DNA from: Eledone cirrhosa
Taxonomy: Eukaryota
Assembly: GCA_964016885.1 (NCBI GenBank)
Contig: OZ024741.1
Location: forward strand, 202,244,001-202,308,000
Direction: 5' to 3'
Length of the DNA stretch: 64,000 bases
Shown here: positions 62,017 through 64,000 of the stretch, in pieces
Position numbering within the stretch: position 1 is the first letter of the stretch
How the letters are laid out: each line of letters begins with the position of its first letter
Notes under the pieces: generated by a model
The model's input: only the letters and a program-made list of their open reading frames with translations
The model's database searches: none
Told to the model about the DNA's origin: nothing
Made by a program: the position numbers and the translations under genes

Positions 62017-62195
62017 TCATCGTCATCATCATCATCATCATCATCGATTAACGTCTATCTTCCACACTAGCATGGGTTAGACGGGTTTGTCCCATTTAGA
62101 GGCAAGTTGGGTCGGGTGACCGTGTCTCACGCATATAGGACTGTTTCTGGCTGGTTTTCTACAGCTGGATGCCTTTCCTAACACCAACCACATTT
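62017..62195 (-). mobile_element. LINE/SINE 3' tail, inverted
   Basis: (CAT)n followed by TTAACGTCTATCTTCCACACTAGCATGG..GGATGCCTTTCCTAACACCAACCAC. Confidence 0.65.
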
Positions 62196-62330
62196 TTTGC
62201 CAATCTGTGTATGTAGGCAGTGCACTTGTTGGGGGGTACTAGAGGTAAGTGGTGTCATGGAGGGGTTCAGTAGGTCTGATGAGATGGTGTCGTGCAGCAT
62301 GGGCTTTCAATTAGATAAAAATTGGGTCTT

Positions 62331-62845
62331 TCAATGTAAGCATGCCCTGAACATTTCTGTCTTTGAGTTAAGGTACACATTTGGTGAGTATAAACCCTGT
62401 AAGATTCTGAATTTCTGACTTAGGTAGAGTGAACATTTTTTGCTTCCATTTTTATATGATATTGAGTTATCAAGTGCTTTCCATGTCATGTCATAAAGTA
62501 TTCTCTTTTCTTTTAGCTGACAGGCTCTTTTTGCCAGTGATATGGTGGTTTTCATGCTAGGGTGTCTAAATGAGGAAAGGTGCAGGTAGATACTAAACCT
62601 GGACCATACCTACATATTTTTCGCAAGTATTTAGCTTGTTGACTTTTGTGTGCTTGATCTCTGCTTCGTAAATTATGGATTTAACATTACAGTTTTGCTG
62701 TAATGGACAGTTATCTTTTTTCCTGCAAAAATATCCTGGATGTTCCTTTAGTTTGCTCTTTGCAGTTATTTTCGTTTTCATCGATGGGGCACAAGAATAG
62801 GAAATTGTCACTGAACGTTGATTGAAGATCTTGCTATATCCTACA
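62331..62845 (-). mobile_element. Penelope-like element, GIY-YIG endonuclease fragment
   Basis: Reads ISYSCAPSM..CRKKDNCPLQQNCNVKSIIYEA..KYVG..HLSSFRH..SLAK..MTWK..YKNGSKKCSL..LNSKTEMFRACLH. Confidence 0.85.
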
Positions 62846-62944
62846 TACGTTTAAGCAGAAATTCCTGCTTGGTGCCGCAGTCGGGATTCTACATATCTCT
62901 ATACCCACTCTACATCTCCCCATGTATCGAGTACTCACATAATT

Positions 62945-64000
62945 AGTGGCTCACAAGAGGACAGAAATATGAACCTAACCCATAATTTCTTTGTAGATGA
63001 TCTGAAGTTCTATGCCAAGAACATAAATGGGATGAAGAAATATTTCGACCTGGTTACAACGTCCTCAAAGGATATAGAAATGGAGTTTGGCCAGAATAAA
63101 TGTTCGTATGTGATTGTAAAATGGAGAAAAACTACAAGCCAATCTAACAACATTTTTATTAATGGCCTAACTGTTTCACCAACATCTGATGAGGACTGAT
63201 ACAGATACCTAGGGATAGATGAGAATATGTCCTATGATGGTATCTGTAACAAGGAACGTGTAACCAGAGAAATTTATACCAGATTAAGACAAATATGGTC
63301 ATCGGAACTCTCTGCACACAATAAAACAGTGGCTCACAATGCTGTGCCTGTCCTAACACCAACATTTGGAATACTTGATTGGATGATAGAAGAAATCCGA
63401 GCAATTGCTGTTAAAACTTGAAAAATCCAAAACAGCACTGGAAGCTTCCACATCATCAGTGACATAGACCGCATCTACTTGAAATATAAGCAGGGAGGCA
63501 GAGGCCTAACATCGGTCCAGATAGCATTTGAGTGTTGCATCATATCCCTCCGACAACATTTACAAAACTCCAAGCATAGGAGCCCATTTATTGAGCAAAT
63601 CTGTCTGCATGAGGTAGATAAGATCATGAGAGTTGGGAAGGAACTCCTTGAAGGATATTCCCTGCATGATAATCAACAACCCACACCCAGGGAAATTGCC
63701 CAGCAGTACTGCAGTGAATCCATGGATGAAACACTGCATGCTTATCAGCAAAAAATTATGCATGCATGTGTTGCCAGGAGGCTCCAGAGTAAGAGTAATA
63801 TAGATAAGCAAAGTAGTCTATCTTGGATACTTCACCCTGACTATATCTTCAGATTTATACCTGTGATTATTGGGACACTGGGATATGTTAGTAACTGCCT
63901 CAGTACAAATATTGAGAAGCTAGGCTTCACAGGAACAGAAAGAACACAACTAGTTAGGAAATTACAAGTACAATCTAATAATGGAACAGTAAAAATATGT
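62945..64000 (+). mobile_element. R4/Dong-clade non-LTR retrotransposon fragment (RT C-terminal part plus RLE end, internally deleted)
   Basis: Reads LTHNFFVDDLKFYA, DIEMEFGQNKC, YRYLGIDE, SDIDRIYLK..GGRGL and FIPVIIGTLG..LQVQSNNGTVKIC. It runs off the window end. Confidence 0.8.

Overview
AT-rich eukaryotic DNA, most likely from an octopus or other coleoid cephalopod (inferred from the SINE bodies, dense (TA)n/(CA)n/(GAT)n microsatellites and RTE/CRE/R4/Penelope debris). Only one host gene is supportable. It is a two-exon + strand gene (8450-8647 joined in phase 0 to 45592-46512, 372 aa) encoding a multi-pass membrane protein whose motif order resembles fungal Ice2 (SERINC superfamily). Its 36,944-bp intron is about 84% filled by one head-to-tail 56-bp satellite (about 13346-44324, roughly 550 sequenced monomers, with a 200-N gap). 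The monomers vary at only a few sites and form clear higher-order repeats. Next to the array is the 5' end of a Vingi/Ingi-type LINE on the - strand, which begins with a recognisable HDV-like ribozyme fold (13221-13286). Two Penelope-type hammerhead motifs lie at about 1.1-1.5 kb. The rest is degraded mobile DNA: RTE, CRE, R4/Dong, Penelope, Chapaev3-like, Sola-like, TTAA MITEs and SINEs. All family calls come from motifs read by eye, not from database searches, and TE boundaries are approximate.
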